Shown piece by piece: positions 30,635-46,883 of a stretch of 64,000 nt of DNA. The DNA is taken from the NCBI RefSeq assembly GCF_009914755.1, contig NC_060930.1; one strand, given 5' to 3'. How positions within the stretch are numbered: position 1 is the first letter of the stretch; each line of letters starts with the position of its first letter. Below the pieces are notes generated by a model. The model did not search any database and was not told the origin of the DNA. It worked only from the letters and a program-made list of their open reading frames with translations. The stretch comes from the human T2T-CHM13v2.0 reference genome, Homo sapiens. The translations under genes and the position numbers were made by a program.

Positions 30635-30820
30635 GTGTTACTCAAGGGGCAGTCACCTGCACAGTCATTACCGGAATGACGTGTTTCATCAGATGTTTCA
30701 AATCCCGATTCTTGGGGCCTGCTCTAAACCTGCCTACCAAGGCTCTAGGGGCGAGGCCTGGGGACCTGCATTGTTTGCAAACACCCACAGGTGATTCTTA
30801 CATGCACGAAGCCAGGGAAG
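30635..30820. mobile_element. MER5A-like MITE
   Basis: cagtgttactcaa...gattcttggggcctgctctaaacctg...cccacaggtgattcttacatgcac. Confidence 0.6.
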
Positions 30821-31409
30821 CATTGATAGAAAAGGTCTTAGACCAGCAGCCAAAAAACCCAAGTTCAAATCCATTTACTACCTGGGTGGTCTTGGGCAAG
30901 TTACTTATTAATTCCCGGCATGGGAGTCAATACTACTTTATAGGAATTTTTTATAAGTTATAGGAGATACGCTGTTATGTTATAGGAGTTATTTTTTTCT
31001 CTTTGAAGATTAAAAGAGACAAAACATATGACAAGGCTGGCAAACATTGAGCTCTTGCTACATAGTAGTACACAGTGCCCTAGAGAGTTAGCAAAGGGAC
31101 GGTGAGCTCACAAAAATCTTTGTAGGCCTCAGGATATATATATTTTGCAGTGACTTTCAAGGCTGATCTAACTCTCTTTGGATGAACACAGAGCAAGGAG
31201 ACTTGCCCACTGAGTGACTTTACTATACCCCCAGGCCTTACTAACTTGCCCAGGAGTGGGGAATATAGTGCTAGAAGGAAGCCAAAGCAATAAAGAGACA
31301 CTTTCAGAAAAGCAGGCACTGCAAAGACAACCATTCCAGCTGGAAGAGCATGTGGTGGGAGTGGCGTCCTCTCAGACATGATCCTCTGCAGGGCTCATGG
31401 GCTCAAAGT

Positions 31410-31627
31410 CACAGGTTCTCACCAAGGGTGATGATTTCCCACAGGGAGCATCTAGCAACGTCTGGAGACATTTTTGTCACAGGGTAGGGAAAGGGGGTTG
31501 CTACTAGCATGCAGTGAACAGAGGCCAGAGAGGCTGCTAAACATCCTACGGTACACTGGACAGTCTTCCACAACAGAAAACTGTCTGGCCCCAAATGTTC
31601 ATGGTTTCAAGGCTGAAAAACCCTGCT
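31410..31627. mobile_element. MER20 hAT MITE
   Basis: tctggagacatttttgtcac...gaggccagagaggctgctaaacatcctac...tgaaaaaccctgc. Confidence 0.85.
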
Positions 31628-32409
31628 CTAAGCTAATGCAGAAGACTTAGTCATGGGTGATAGAAGGAGGCCCCTAGGTGGCTACAAACCTCTGAGGGAC
31701 AGCCTTCCGCTGTGGTGTTGCAAAGTCTCCCAGTTGCACAAGGTCCTGGCGTCCTGCTCATTGGTGGATCACCATTAACCACCTTGCACGTCACATGTTC
31801 AACATAGCTAGTTTCCCACCCATTCTTAACGATGATAAATCAGGAAAAGCATTCTTAGAACACTAGAAAAGCAGAAGTGTGGCTCTCTACAGGGCAGCGG
31901 GGAGGTTGCCTCACTCCTAGAAGATGTCTTGTTTTTACCAAGAGGGTAGAGGGATGAGAGGAGCTGGAAGACCACGCTGAGGAGCCACGTCCAGACACAT
32001 GAAACGAACCTCACAGCCCCACAAGGATGCCGGGGAGGGCACTCAGTGCTTGGGATCAGAGCCACGTGGCCACTGGTTTCCGATGCCCCTTTGCTAGTAT
32101 CTGGCTTCCGTGATTCCCTTGCCTTCATTTTGTGGCTCTCTCCTGACACTGCCGGCTGAGTGTCTTAGTTAACCAGTAATCTGGCTTTTCTCCCTCCACT
32201 TTGATCTTCCTGTCTCTGCCTGTCTCCTCTTTCCTGGCATGGCATGTGCTCTCGGGCTGTACCTCTGGTAGTGAATCTCTGGCTGCCCTGGACTCCTGCT
32301 GTGCACACTGCCCTGTGTGCAGGTCTGGATGCCTGGTGTTCCTTCTCAGTGCACCGCCCGATCCCCTGGGATCTCTTCACCATTTTCATGCATGGTGCCA
32401 CCCCACGTG

Positions 32410-33712
<1,303 letters not shown>

Positions 33713-33782
33713 AACCTTTTAATGAAACAGTAAAGCAAAGTTCCTTACATTAAAAAGGAGTCATTTTTAATCTCCCAGTCTA

Positions 33783-34136
<354 letters not shown>

Positions 34137-34958
34137 CCCCAAGTTTCTCCCAAGTCCGCTGGACTTTGTTATCAGAAGGTCTTATGAGCCGGGTATTTAG
34201 CTCTGCTGTGAGTTCAAAGCAACACAGGAATAAAGCACAGCTGCTGAACCCAGGTCCTCCCTGCTCATGATTATAGCTTGCTGTGGGACTCCACCAAAAT
34301 TGCATTCTGTGTTTATGGCATCTAAGAAATTCTTGAGAGTGGTACTGATCTACCAATTAAACACACTGGTATGTTTGGCCCCATGTGGCAGACAAGGAAA
34401 AGGGTTTACATTTTCTTATGGGAAATATTTTCTTTCTCATGCTTAACTTTTATTGTTCACAGAGGTTTTCAAAGTATTGCCAAAGTCTATGAACACCATT
34501 CTGGAGTCACCTGGACATTCTAGACTTTCAGAGCGGCATGGGTGGTGTTTTACATTGTATTTTTTTCTATCCAGTGTGGATTCATATTTTTTAAATCATA
34601 AAAATTCACCAGCTTCCCTCTGCCCCTCCTGGCCTTTGTCACTGAGAACACAGGAGCACATGGGTGGCTGTCTGAGGCTTGGGCAAGGCCCTGGGCTTGC
34701 CTGGGGCCCAGCTGCCCCTGCCCCGTACCATCTTCCTTCCCCCTCCACTCAGGAACAAAAGGTCCCACGGTTCAGGCCATCTGGATTTGGAGCTGTCATT
34801 TATAGTCGCCCAAACTTTGAGGATGACTTACTTGTGAAAACATAAGAGATGCATTCAGATAGGAGAAACAATTTTGAGAACCAGGAAAAAGAGAGAAAGA
34901 GGTAGAGTTGTGTGGTGAGAAAAGGGATGAATTGGCAGTTGGAGACTTGGGTTTTAGG

Positions 34959-35084
34959 TAGAGTGACCATGTAACTTATTAATCAAACTGGATTTCTTTT
35001 GAGAGCGACAGGGATTCCTACTGGTGATGATGCTGGGACAACAGGAGCACATAGGGACTGTACTGGTGTGGCATGGCCACCATA
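34959..35084. mobile_element. MER94 hAT-Blackjack MITE inside a MIR
   Basis: Ends tagagtgaccat / atggccaccata; 8-bp TSD gttttagg / gttctagg. Confidence 0.75.
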
Positions 35085-37644
35085 GTTCTAGGGCATTAAT
35101 CATCCAACTGTCAGCAAGTCACTTAACATCTCTGGGCCTCAACTTTTGAAGAAAGAGACAATCGGACTACAATTTCCTTAGTCCTTTTACCACTAAGGAC
35201 CTCTTACTAATCTCTCTCCACAGTCTTCCTGATTTCAAAATTATCATATCAATTAGGTACTGAGTGATATATAATGAGTGCAAGTTCTGTCAATCAGAAC
35301 TTTTGTCAGCATTGAAATAACCAGTTATTGCACCGCGTTCATACAGTTTTAGGCAAAAGAAAACTTGACATTTTAATACACCTGTGAGTCCTATTTAAAG
35401 TACATCGAACAGTTCTGACACCATTTTAGAAAATGATAATAGCTTTTGAGTCCCCTCCAGTATCTTCACAGTCAATAGACCTCGAAGTCTGGAGGTTGAA
35501 AGCCACGTTACTCGATGATCTGTTGGTTTATATCCAGTTCTAGTCTTCTCTGATCACCTGATAACTTCAGTGCCTCATGCTATAAAACACAGACAGAGAA
35601 AGACGATGGAAAGTGAAAGAGGGCCTGCTGGAAGTCAGAAGCTGCCGTCCATTAATGTGGGTCCAGCAAGAGGGCCTGTGTGAAGATGTTAGATGGGGAG
35701 GCAATCCCTCATGCTAGGGTGCCTGGACAAAGTTTCTGCAGAGGGAAAAGAGGATGCTTTGCCTTGGGGCAAATTTCCTCCTGGCTTAAGTCGTCTTAAT
35801 CCACACCTGGGAGAATTCTTAGGGTGTATTCACAACATTAGGAGATCAACAGGGAGCAGGAATGGAACAGCTGTGCAACAGCTATCTCTTTGCTTCTCTT
35901 CCACTTATATGAGCTCACCCTAGGGGGAAAATGGACAGTCAAAAGCCTTCCACAGATCAATAACAGTGGGTAAATCTGAGGTCTGCAGAATCAAAGAGTG
36001 AAATAAATAAAGAACAGGCCTGCTGCCTGCTCCCATGGGTAGTACTAGCATTCTAGTTTCTGTGGCAATAAGCTTGCAATGTGCTCAGTGGGGGCAGTGC
36101 CACCCACCACGTGGTGCCTGGGAGTGCGTGCATTGGTGGGTGGATGGTTGTGACAATGACCAGAGGAGGACACCACTTGCATTCTGTGCCCTGTTGTGTG
36201 CTGGAGACACTCCCATAAGGAAGATTCATCCCACCCAAAATGTCAAAAGTATCTCCACTGAGAAACGCTGAATACAAGAATGGGCTTTACATTCATACAT
36301 ATCAGGAATTACTTGGATCCTGTAACAGGGTTAAAATAATCCTGGACAACTTCCTATGGTGCCAGACCCTTGGGCAGAACTTCCAGATGAAGCAGATTGA
36401 TTCTAATTGCTCCTGGATAAAAGAAAAGAGCACAGGTCATCCCAGAAGGCACTGGGCAACCCACCCCAAGCCTAACAATATATTAAGTGTTGGGTGTAGG
36501 GATGGCTTCTCTTTTCTCTCAAACTTGACAGCACTGTTGAATCATTGTCTTCATTTACTTATGAGATGATTGGCATTGTCCTTTAAAGCAGAACAACTTG
36601 AGCTAAAGCTAAAGGCCGGTGTGCAGCAGCCGGGTGACCCTTTGTCTCTACTTTGCCTTCCGTGCTAAGTGTTGACTTCTGCTGAGTTTGATTTCATTCA
36701 TTTCAGCTAGACATGTCTGGTGAATAAACTTCTTACCAATCTTCCCCTGGAATGGTTGAGTCAGCTCTGGTGTGAGTTAGTGGCCCCAGAGGGGAGCAGG
36801 CCAAGACGCCCTCTCCATGAGATACCTCCTAAAAGGGAAGAGGTCATTGATGACCCACAAAGGAGGCCAGGACCATAAACATTTCAGAATTCAGTTGTCT
36901 TAAAATCTTAAATAATGACAAACATTTGCTTGTTTGAGCCTTTTAAGTCTTCCCGTCTTTGGACTTGAGCCCCAGTGCCTGGCTGCAGAATTCCATGGTG
37001 AGGCACAAGCATGACATCATGTTCAGGAGGAATGCACAGCACATAAAGTCTTGCCTGGGTCAGAGAGAAGTGCTAAGCCCTCAAGAGGGCCCTAAGACAA
37101 ATGCACAAATATGGCCTAGCACATGTCAAACACCCGTGCAAGGGCAAACATCTTTATGACTTTGGTCCTGGGAAGAGAGACCCGGCTTGGGATTAGAAAT
37201 TACAGCTGACAAGCTGCTGATGAGGCAGTAATGACATTCAGCGTGGGAATGGTCACTTTGGGAACTGGGAGCTTAGCACACTAGGCTCCAAGTCTCAGAG
37301 TGAAGCCCGGGGCAACTCCTTCACCTTGGCTGGAATAAGTTAACTCACCCCACAACCTGTCCCCCAGGACCTTTCTCTGCCTTCCTTTGGGGTTATAGGC
37401 TTCCCTGCAGTTCTTTAGGGTTTTGACGCACAGGACAATTTAACATCAAGGGAATGCCCAAGTTGGGGGAAGAATATCTTTCTTGGCTATAAATGTTACT
37501 CTGAAATTCTTCTCAACTGTAATGTTTTAAGAGCACTTACAATGTGCCTGACCTGCCCTGTGCAATGTCCCTCCCCTCTTAGAGCTTACAACTCATAAGC
37601 ACGCTTGCAGATGTCCTCCCTGATCCCCAGAGCTCCAGCCAACT

Positions 37645-37860
37645 TCAGTGTAGGGGTCCCCTAGGGGACATTTAGCAATGTCTCGAGATGTTTTTTGACT
37701 GCCACAACTGGGTGGGGGGGGCGGTGGCTGTTACTGGCATGTAGGGGATAGAGACCAGGGAGGCTTCTAAACATCCTATAATGCACAGGACATCCCCACC
37801 CCCAACAAAGAAGAATCCAGTCCAAGATGGCAATAGTGCTAAGCCTGAGCAACCCTGCAC
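37645..37860. mobile_element. MER20 (partial)
   Basis: ggggacatttagcaatgtctcgagatg...ctaaacatcctataatgcacaggac. Confidence 0.8.
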
Positions 37861-37914
37861 TGGGGAGGGCCTTGCCTTTGCATAAGCCAAGAAGGAAATT
37901 ACTTAGATTTGCAC

Positions 37915-38119
37915 CATCCAATGGGGAGCTTCCTGTGAGACCAGAAATGATCAGTATCTGTGCTGTCCGATGTGGGAGCTACCAGCCACATGTGGTTATT
38001 GAGTGGGTCAAACGTGGCCAGTGTGACTGAGGTAGTGAGTTTTTTATTTTATGTAATTTTAATTAATTAAATTGTAATCGTCCCATGCAACTGGTAGCTA
38101 CTCTGTTAGGCAGCACGAG
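37915..38119. mobile_element. MER3-like hAT MITE
   Basis: tgtgctgtccgatgtgggagctaccagccacatgtgg...ccagtgtgactgagg. Confidence 0.7.
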
Positions 38120-40299
38120 TCCATACAGCGGGAGCTTAGATGCACTGAGATCACCTGCCCCCTAGTCAGATGTCCTTTCCACTGGTTTATGACTGAGAAT
38201 CCAAAGTTAGACACTCCTTCTTTAGCTAAGACTTTAACCCGTGTTGGTATGACATTATCTGTGGGAGGGAGAAGACCTTTAACTTGTAAAGAGCTGTTGC
38301 TAATTTAATATGACTAACGGATCTGAAAGATATTTTGGCGGGAACAGAGAGCACTAAGAGGCCTAGGGTAAAAAACAGGACCCCGTGAGAATGACCAGGG
38401 GGTAAGCTTGGGGAGGGGCTAACTAGGATACACTGGGGGAGGTGGAGACATAGGCTAGACGTAGCAAAGGCAACCAGTGCTTTCTTTCCTCATATACACT
38501 CTGCTGAGACTGGAAGCCAATCACTCAGCATTCTCATCAGACTCATGTCTGTGAAAACCAGAGCCAAAGAGTGCCAGGAAAGACAAGGTCCGTGACAAAG
38601 GGCAGCCTGTTTCCTGCTTTTTCTCTTCCTCCTTGTGGCTTTTAGTCTAAGTCCCCAAGCACTGAAATATTTTGGTGCCTCCTCCCATATATAAACCCAG
38701 ATTAAAGCAATACTAAACCACAAAACATAAAATGATTTCTTTTTATCAGTTATAAAATTCTGGATAAGTCCATGAAAGCCTCATTGTTCTGACTTTGGCT
38801 GGCACCCCAAGCAAGTAAGCACCTTGTTGTTAACCTAGCACTGCTTTAGGGTCTGAGTATTAGGGCTGTTTTCTCCGTAATCCGTTGTTTATCTAGTCTA
38901 TTGTGCAAATTTTCACAAATGGAATATTGTGTAGATACTCTACTCTACAGACTCTAGAGAAGAAAGTCAGCAACCTCACCTGGTAAGCTCCACCTACCCA
39001 TGTTTCTAGAGAGGGGAAAAAATAGCTGAAACAAATCAAACCAAACCCAAAATGCTCTTTTCCTCAATGTTCTGCAGGGCTCAAATGTGAGCTTCTGGTA
39101 GTATCGGCTTTGGTGATCTCCATGGGGAACAGTGGAGACTGATCTCAAACAGTGAGTTCACCAGAATTATGGCAGTGAAGGGGAACTGCGGTATAAGAAT
39201 TGCTAAAAAGATAAAAATTGTTCTGTCCAGAGAGACGCAAGTTGAGAGAGATGTAGGGCTGAGAGAATAGATAGTTGTGAGCATTTACTCCTCCACAAAT
39301 CATGAGTTTTTCTGAAGCAACAGGGTGAGGCGGGGGTGGGGGGTGTGGACAGGAAGGTAGATAAATTTAAAACAGTAAAATAGTAAAAGGAAGTATTATA
39401 TAAAACAGTGTGGCGGTGGTGGGAGTGGGGAGGAGATATGACTTAAGAATTTTTTATCCCAACGCTAAAGGGTGCAAAAATAAAAGGGTTCAAAAAATGT
39501 TTAAATGTAAAATGACAGTTCCATAACAAATTATTGACTGGAGGAAACTGAAGATGTTTAAAGCTAATCTCATGAGATTAGCATAGGAGGTGCTCCATCT
39601 CCTTCCAAAAACGACCCCTTGCCATTCTCCAAAATGCAACACTTAGACCTGCCTGATCATGAATCTTTGGGTTTATTTCATATGGCCACACTTGTTGTGG
39701 AATAAGGTCAATTAAACCTCACGGGTAAGTTTGCAATTAACTGACATTTGACATAAGCAGCTTTTACGGGTTGGTGCTGAAACAGGCTGAGAAACACAAT
39801 CCCTCCCTGGGTAGAACTAGGAGCTTTCCTGTGGCAGCAGCAAGCCCAGACATACAGAGGGCTGGAGGGGAGCTGTAGTTCAAATGCAGTAATAGCTGTT
39901 TTTAAACTGATCCGCTCTAAGTCTTTGAGTGCAATGGCTGATTATTGGGTCAACAAACATGAAAAGCATTGTCATTGGCCCAAGTTTGAACCAGAAGCAA
40001 CATGTCTTTCATGAGCATTTAGGATGAAAGATGTAAGATTAGAAAAAAATGTTGGTAACAGTGAGCATCATTTGAGGGTCTTTGTAATGTGTGTTTTGCC
40101 CTAAGAGGAAAAGTAAGGCAAGATCTATGAAATGTCCTTGATCTTTTTGCAACCTAGAGTTGTAGGCCCTGCATTACCTTCATGTTTCCATTTCAAGAAC
40201 TGCCAGGTTTGTTTTCCAATGAAACTTTCAACTGTCAGCTTAATAAGACTGTGACCATGTGGTGCAGTGAACAATGGTTCAAGGACTACTTCACTGAGT

Positions 40300-40800
40300 G
40301 TGAATTTGACTACATTATGCCTATTCTTAAAATCCTTAAAATTCATCAATGGTTCTCCATTACCTCCAAGACTGGGAGTTTCCTTGCTAGGATGTACCAC
40401 TCTCATCTCTCGCCTCACATTGCGCTACGTCCGCTTCTCCAAATGCTCCAAGTTCTCTTGTAACACCACAGCCTTGCACGTGCCATGCCTTCATTTTAGA
40501 ATCATACATGCCTTCTCTACAAAACCATCCTAAGCAGCTCTTGAATTAGATGCTCCTTTGCACTCTGTGCTTAACTTGTTTACAGCACACGTCGTGTTCT
40601 ATTTGAGTGACCTCCCAACTAACCTGTGAGATTCCAGAAGCTGGGTGAGTGTGCTCTGGAACTGATTCTTCTGCTAGATGCTGAGAACATGTGGGCAATG
40701 GCACGTTCTCAGCATCTAGCACCATCCCAGGCACAAGTGGAGCAGAGGTAGATCTGTGCTTGATGATTGAATGGATGAGTTTCAGTGAACTGTGAATGAT
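40300..40800 (+). mobile_element. L2 3' fragments
   Basis: cttaaaattcatcaatggttctccatt...agcaccatcccaggcaca...tgattgaatggatga. Confidence 0.6.
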
Positions 40801-40980
40801 GGGGAGCTTTTCAACAAAGCCACACTCCATGTTTTCTCTTCAGCAGAATAAATGCTGCATAGAAGCGGTTAATAGTCCCCCTTATGTCAGCTCAGCACAT
40901 AGATATATGAGGAGTCCCACGGTTTCCCATAAGCCAAATAAGACAAAGTAAAAGCAATAATGGTCCATACACTTCAGAAA

Positions 40981-41042
40981 AAGGAAGGAAGGAAAAAAGG
41001 AAGGAAGGAAGGGAGGGAGGGAGGGAGGGAAGGAAGGAAGGA
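40981..41042. repeat. (GGAA)n/(GGGA)n microsatellite
   Basis: Read directly. Confidence 0.9.
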
Positions 41043-42511
41043 CAATTTTCCCATGAGTCTACTGTCAGTGAAAGCTATTATTTAAATAGCATTTTTTTCC
41101 GAGGCTTTGTCTATCAGCACAAAGAAGAAAGTGAAATATATTGGGTTCCATCCATGAGATTAAAAGAGGAACATCTTTCAGTTCCCAATCAATCAAAAGA
41201 CACAGGTTGTGTTTCAATCAGAAGCCATTTCTGAAGAGGCACAGGAGCGTAGGAGAGTTGTGTTAGGCAATGGAAACCAAACTGAGCCTGAAATGAAAGC
41301 CTGGGTCAATTAGTCAGTTTCTTTCCCAATATCTGCCCTAACATTGTCTTCTAAGTTTTTGGAAATGAATACGCTTTATTATTCACCTCAGCTGGATTTA
41401 TTGTGCCTCACAGGTATTGACTCCTCTTGCTCTTCCTCCTCTCGCTATGGAAAGACTGAGCAGAGGAAGTGCTCGGACAGGCATGCCCTCCCAGAATGCA
41501 AGAAAGCCATCAGGCAAGCGGCAGGTGCAGAGACCACAGCCAGGGCCACACAGCCTGGAGAGGGACTCCCTCCTGGCAGGGAAGGCTGTCTCTACTTGCT
41601 CCTCTCTGAGAATGCTCACCAGGTGTGGCTGGGGGTTTTGGCAGCCTGCAGCTGTGTTTAGGAGGGCATTTGCTTTATCTACCACATCCTTTGAGGATTT
41701 CATTGCAGGCCATTTTATCCACTTTAATGAATGTTCTGGCAGCTTGTGAACCTGGGGCTGTGTCTGCATGCCCTGAACAGTGCTTATGTTCACCATCGTT
41801 GAGGTTGAATGTAACATATATTCACAGATCCTTCTGCCACCTCCTTTTCACAAGATGGACCCTCCAGTTCTGGCCAAAACAAGAAGAAAGCTGTAAAAAG
41901 AAGGGCTTTAGCCCAAAAGTTGGGGTTGCTCAGTTTTTTTCCTTTCCCTCATACCCCATCAGCTAATTAATCACCTCCTACTGCAATTTATAATTCCTTA
42001 ACAGTTTTCAAATCTGTCCTCTAGATTAGCTAAATAAATATAGCACATCAATCAAAAATCAAGTTCTATAAAGTTACTAATAGGGAAATATATAAAGTGG
42101 AAAAAGCTGTTTATAAAAGTCTGAGTAAATGACTATATATGTACATAGATATGATTTTGAAAAGAACTTAATAGGATACACAAACATTAATAAGAATGCT
42201 TATTTCTGAGTAATTAAGGGGCGATTTTGTTGTATTCCTTATACATTTTAAATGTTTTAATCCAAAATTTTTTACAGTGAGTATGTATTATCTTTTGTCA
42301 TCTGAAAAATAACACAAATAAATAAGTTAAAATAGAATTAACTGAATTTGTACAAATCGGGGAAGATAAGGGTGCCCCTGTTTTCTCTATTCATGCCACC
42401 GCTACCACTGTTTAGACTATTGGTCATAATTTTTTTCTCACCTGCAAATATCTCCTTGCCTGTTACTTTCTCTTCAGTTTCTTTCCCCATTATTCATTCT
42501 CTCTGAAAATA

Positions 42512-43787
42512 TTAGGTTGGAGCAAACGTTAATTGCATTTTTGCATTGTTGGAATTTGCTGTTTGATATTGGAATACATTCTTAAATAAATGTGGTTATG
42601 TTATACATCATTTTAATGGGCATTTCTCGCTTTATGTTTTTTTGCTAATGACTTACTACTTGCTGTTTATTTTATGTTTATTTTAGACTATGGAAATGAT
42701 GTTAAACAAAAAGCAAATTCAAGCAATTTTTTAATTCAAGTTCAAAATGAGTTGTAAAGCAGCAGAGACAACTGGCAACATCAACAACACATTCGGCCCA
42801 GGAACCACTAACAAATGTACAGTGCAGTGGTGGTTCAAGAAGTTTTGCAAAGAGGACGAGAGCCTTAAAGATGAGGAGTGTGGCGGCCAGCTGTTGGAAG
42901 TTGACAATGACCAATTGAGAGCAATCATTAAAGCTGATCCTCTTACAACTACACGAGAAGTTGCCGAAGAACTTAACATCGACTGTTCTACTGTTCTTTG
43001 GCATTTGAAGCAAATTCAAAGGGTGAAAAAGCTCGGTAAGTGGGTGCCTCATGAGTTGACTGAAAGTAAAAAAAATCACCATTTGGTGGTGTTGTCTTTT
43101 CTTATTCCACACAACAACAATGAACCATTTCTTGATCGGATTGTGACATGCAATGAAAAGTGGATTTTATACAACAACGAGTGATGACCAGGTGAGTGGT
43201 TGGACCGAGAAGAAGCTCCAAAGCACTTTCCAAAGCCAAACTTGCACCAAAATATGGTCATGGTCACTGTTTGGTAGTCTGCTGCCAGTCTGATCCACTA
43301 CAGCTTTCTGAATCCTGGCGAAATCACTACATCTGAGAAGTCTGCTCAGCAAATCAATGAGATGCACTGAAAACTGCAGTGGCTGCAGCTGGCATTGGTC
43401 AACAAAAAGGGACAAATTCTTCTCCACAACAACACCCGACTGCACGTCATACAACCAATGCTTCAAAAGTTGAGCGAATTGGGCTACAAAGTTTTGCCTC
43501 ACCCACCATATTCACCTGACCTCTCGCCAACCGACTACCACTTCTTCAAGCATCTCAACAACTTTTTGCTTCCACAACCAGCAGTGTGCAGAAAATGCTT
43601 TCCAAGTGTTCATTGAATCCCAAAGCACAGACCTTTATGCTACAGGAATAAACAAACTTATTTCTCATTGGCAAAAATGTGTTGATAGTAATTGTTCCTA
43701 TTTGAATTAATAAAGATGTGTTTGAGTCTAGTTATAAGGATCTAAAATTCACAGTCCCAAACCACAATTCCTTTTGCACCAATCTAA
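42512..43787 (+). mobile_element. Full-length Hsmar1 mariner DNA transposon (inactive)
   Basis: TIRs ttaggttggagcaaacgttaattgc / accacaattccttttgcaccaatctaa; flanking TA dinucleotides; 1276 bp; transposase remnants. Confidence 0.96.
42690..43710 (+). pseudogene. Hsmar1 transposase pseudogene
   Basis: MEMMLNKKQIQAIF* then WVPHEL, TCNEKW, HNNT, HPPYSPDLSPTDY; premature stops and an ~11-bp deletion near 43570. Confidence 0.93.
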
Positions 43788-44173
43788 TATATTTCAAAGA
43801 AGGAAATCTGACCAAGTGGCTCCTCTAAATCTTCCAGGGTTTCCTGGAGGATAAAGAAGTCCCAAATCCTCAGGCTGAAGATAAGCTCCTTCAGAAGCTC
43901 GTCTGCACTTGAGATTTACTTCCAACTCCTGTCTCCATTCCTGGTAACCAGGAGTCTGTCTGGGCTCCCCCGCTTGAGACACGACATGCCCCAGGACTCC
44001 CTTTTCCCTAGTCACCTCCTCCTGCCCTCACCTCCCTCAGAGTCAGCCTTTCACAGTCATCTCTTATGACACTTCTCATAGGGCACCTTCCTTGGCATCG
44101 CCAAGTGGAGTTAACGGTTTTCTTTCTGCCTTGGTCATGGCTCTACATTTACTATACTATAGTGATATAATTA

Positions 44174-45554
<1,381 letters not shown>

Positions 45555-45964
45555 CATTATTTTATGTGTCTTTTCTCCACCTGAAGGGCAGGAGGATGTT
45601 CTGTCCAACTCCGTCCCTGGCTCTCAGTGCAGTATCGGGCATCAGTAGGTGTTTAATAAACATTGCTGTGTGCACATGCCTTTAGCTGGCATGGATGGGG
45701 AGGGAAGAGCAGGGGATCTGAGTTTTGTTTCATGGATTTATCGCTCCAACAAGCTGTTGTTCTTAGTTAAGCAAGTTTAAGCTCTCTTCTTTCCTCAGAG
45801 GATGGTAGTGCGTTAAAAAATATTAAGGTTTTCAATCATACCAGCGTGTATTCACTTTATACATCTCGGGCATGAGGAGATGCATGTTACTATCTGTGCT
45901 TCATAGACACATAGCAAAAACCTCCCCTCAGTAAGCAGTTTAACTCTGGGTAAGTGTCCCTTGG

Positions 45965-46424
45965 TGTCATGAGTTGAGTGCTGTCCCCTCCAAATTCTTA
46001 TGCTGAAGTCCTAAGCCCCAGTGCCTCAGAATGTCATCTTATCTGGAAATAGGGTTGTTGCAGATGTCATTGGTTAACCTGAAGTCACTAGAGCACACCC
46101 CTAATCCAATGACTGGTGTCCTTATAAAAGTGGAAAATTTGGACATAAACACACATGCACACAAGGACAGTGACACATGAACATGAAAGCAGAGATTAGG
46201 GTGATGCCTCTACAAGCCAAGGAATGCCAAAGACGGCCAGCAAACACCAGAAGTTAGGAGAGAGCCACAGGTTCTCCCTTGCAGCCCTCGAAAGGAGCCA
46301 ATCCTCCTGACACCCTTGATCTCAGCCTTTTAGTCTCCAGAACTGGGAGACAATAAATGTTTGCTGTTTAAGTCACTCAGTTTGTGTTTTTGTTTTTTAA
46401 CAACAGCCCTAGCAAACTAATACT
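45965..46424 (+). mobile_element. MLT1C-like MaLR solo LTR
   Basis: tgtcatgagttgagtgctgtcccc...acaagccaaggaatgcc...gagacaataaatg...gcaaactaatac. Confidence 0.85.
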
Positions 46425-46581
46425 CTCAGGGACCCTTAAGTGAAGCATCAGAAAGAAGCACTTTATCCTAAATCTCCCTTATTGAACTATCATTTTGAAA
46501 GCCATCATCTGGGATGATTCTGGAGCCCTTTGCAAATGGGAAAGGAATGGACGCATTCCAGCTCTTTTAAAAATTAAATTA

Positions 46582-46883
<302 letters not shown>

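Noticed and set aside
39078-39151. + strand exon-like segment ttctgcag|...|gtgagt
   Set aside because: Stops in all frames, weak exonic side of the donor, and no other support
42512-43787. Possibility that this is SETMAR itself
   Set aside because: The transposase has multiple stops and a frameshift, and no SET-domain exons are present
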